DNA of 9,373 nt from Octopus sinensis (Eukaryota). The DNA is taken from positions 1 to 9,373 of the forward strand of contig NW_021827965.1 of NCBI RefSeq assembly GCF_006345805.1, read 5' to 3'. Below the pieces are notes generated by a model. It did not search any database. It was not told where the DNA came from and saw nothing but the letters and a program-made list of their open reading frames with translations. Positions 8,405-9,373 of the stretch are shown here, in pieces. Positions within the stretch are counted from its first letter, which is position 1; each line of letters opens with the position of its first letter. Position numbers and translations under genes: made by a program.

Positions 8405-8656
8405 CAGCTACTAACAGACTTTCTATCTCCCTCCTCTGCTTTCCTTTCTGCAACCATAACCATGTTTCACTACAACTATTTGCTGCAGCAATCTTTGGGA
8501 ATCTACCATGAAACACCTTCTCTTGCCTGTCAGATAATCTTCCTTCTGTTTTCTAGTTTTTAACTTCATTTGGCTTCTTGCATCCCCTATGTCCCATTTG
8601 TGACTCTAGTAGAAGCAGCTAGTAAACTCTCTACACTATTTCCTACTTCCAAGTGG
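8403..8656 (-). mobile_element. Degenerate fragment of an R4/Dong (Rex6-like) RLE-type non-LTR retrotransposon ORF, region between RT and the CCHC/RLE domain
   Basis: Minus-strand frame 8552->8403 reads KTEGRLSDRQEKVFHGRFPKIAAANSCSETWLWLQKGKQRREIESLLVAA. This matches the remembered R4-clade pattern W-x-E-K-x-L-H-G-x-F ... T-W-x-W-L-x-K-G-x-L-K-R-E-T-E-S-L-(I/L)-x-A-A-Q. Upstream there is a TAG (8553-8555) and a shifted frame reading GNSVESLLAAS. Based on motif recall, not a search. Confidence 0.7.
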
Positions 8657-8760
8657 CCGATTAAATAAGTACCAGTCGCGTACTGGGGTCGATGTAATCG
8701 ATTATCATCCTCCCCCAAATTTTAGGTCTTGTACCGAGTGAAGAAAGGATTATTATTATT
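8657..8760 (+). mobile_element. SINE 3' tail fragment ending in (ATT)n
   Basis: CGATTAAATAAGTACCAGTCGCGTACTGGGGTCGATGTAATCGA...CCCCCAAATTTTAGGTCTTGTACC...GGATTATTATTATT matches the 3' end of an abundant octopus SINE as I recall it. It ends in a tandem ATT tail typical of LINE-mobilised SINEs. Confidence 0.7.
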
Positions 8761-8850
8761 GTTGTTGTTGTTGTTCTACTTCTTGTCGCCGTTGTTCTTG
8801 TTGCTCTGCTGTGTTGTTGTTGTTGTTATTGTTGTTGTTGCTGCTGCTAT
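8752..8850. repeat. Compound (ATT)/(GTT)/(GCT) microsatellite extending from the SINE tail
   Basis: ATT tail grades into GTT and then GCT triplets. Confidence 0.9.
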
Positions 8851-8944
8851 GATGTCCTATATATATACAGTCAGAGTATGCAATTTTCATCTCCGCCAAT
8901 TCTGTATGTTATTGGTATACTCATAAACACAGAAACACAGAAGT

Positions 8945-9373
8945 ATGTGTGCTAATATATATATATGTGTGTGTGTGCGTGTGTGTGTGTGTATGTGTGT
9001 ATGTGTGCGTGTATATAAATATATATAGATATATGTATATATATATACACATGTCTGTGTGTGTATGTGTGTGTGAGAAAGTGTGAGTATTTGTGAGTAT
9101 ATATATGAGTGAGTGTGCGTAAATATATTTATATATATTTTACATGAGTATAAATAGATCTATGTGATAGATCATTTAAATAAACATCTACTTATATTAT
9201 ATATACATATATATATATATATGTACGCATACACACACATATATATATACACGCACACATACGTATATACATATATAAACGCGTATACATGCAAATTTTC
9301 CTTTCCCCTTTTTCTCTGAATTCTATCTCTATTTCCGTTTCTCTCTCTTTTTTATCTCTCTCTCTCTCTCTCT
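8945..9373. repeat. Compound (TA)/(TG)/(CA) microsatellites and terminal (CT)n
   Basis: Low-complexity dinucleotide runs, with (CT)n at about 9340-9373. Confidence 0.92.

Overview
This is eukaryotic, AT-rich, microsatellite-saturated DNA, intronic or intergenic. The SINE motifs and the (TA)n/(TG)n/(CAT)n load look to me like an octopus or other coleoid cephalopod genome (inference, not database-checked). I cannot support any intact protein-coding gene, tRNA/rRNA gene or CRISPR array, and almost all ORFs in the track are translations of simple repeats. Supported elements: (1) a ~406-bp non-autonomous hAT-type DNA transposon (320-725) with imperfect TIRs and an exact 8-bp TSD; (2) a 5'-truncated RTE-clade LINE on the minus strand (5720-6328; 203 codons, one nonsense codon) ending in a (TA)n tract; (3) a composite at 8272-8760 made of a tRNA-derived SINE head, an antisense fragment of an R4/Dong-like retrotransposon ORF absent from the ORF track, and a SINE 3' tail; (4) a higher-order (CAT)n array with 3n+1 units and a ~230-bp tandem duplication. 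Weaker observations are Penelope-like terminal remnants with degenerate hammerhead-like cores and several candidate spliced exons. I see no convincing new biological system; the SINE/R4/SINE chimera is the most unusual structure.
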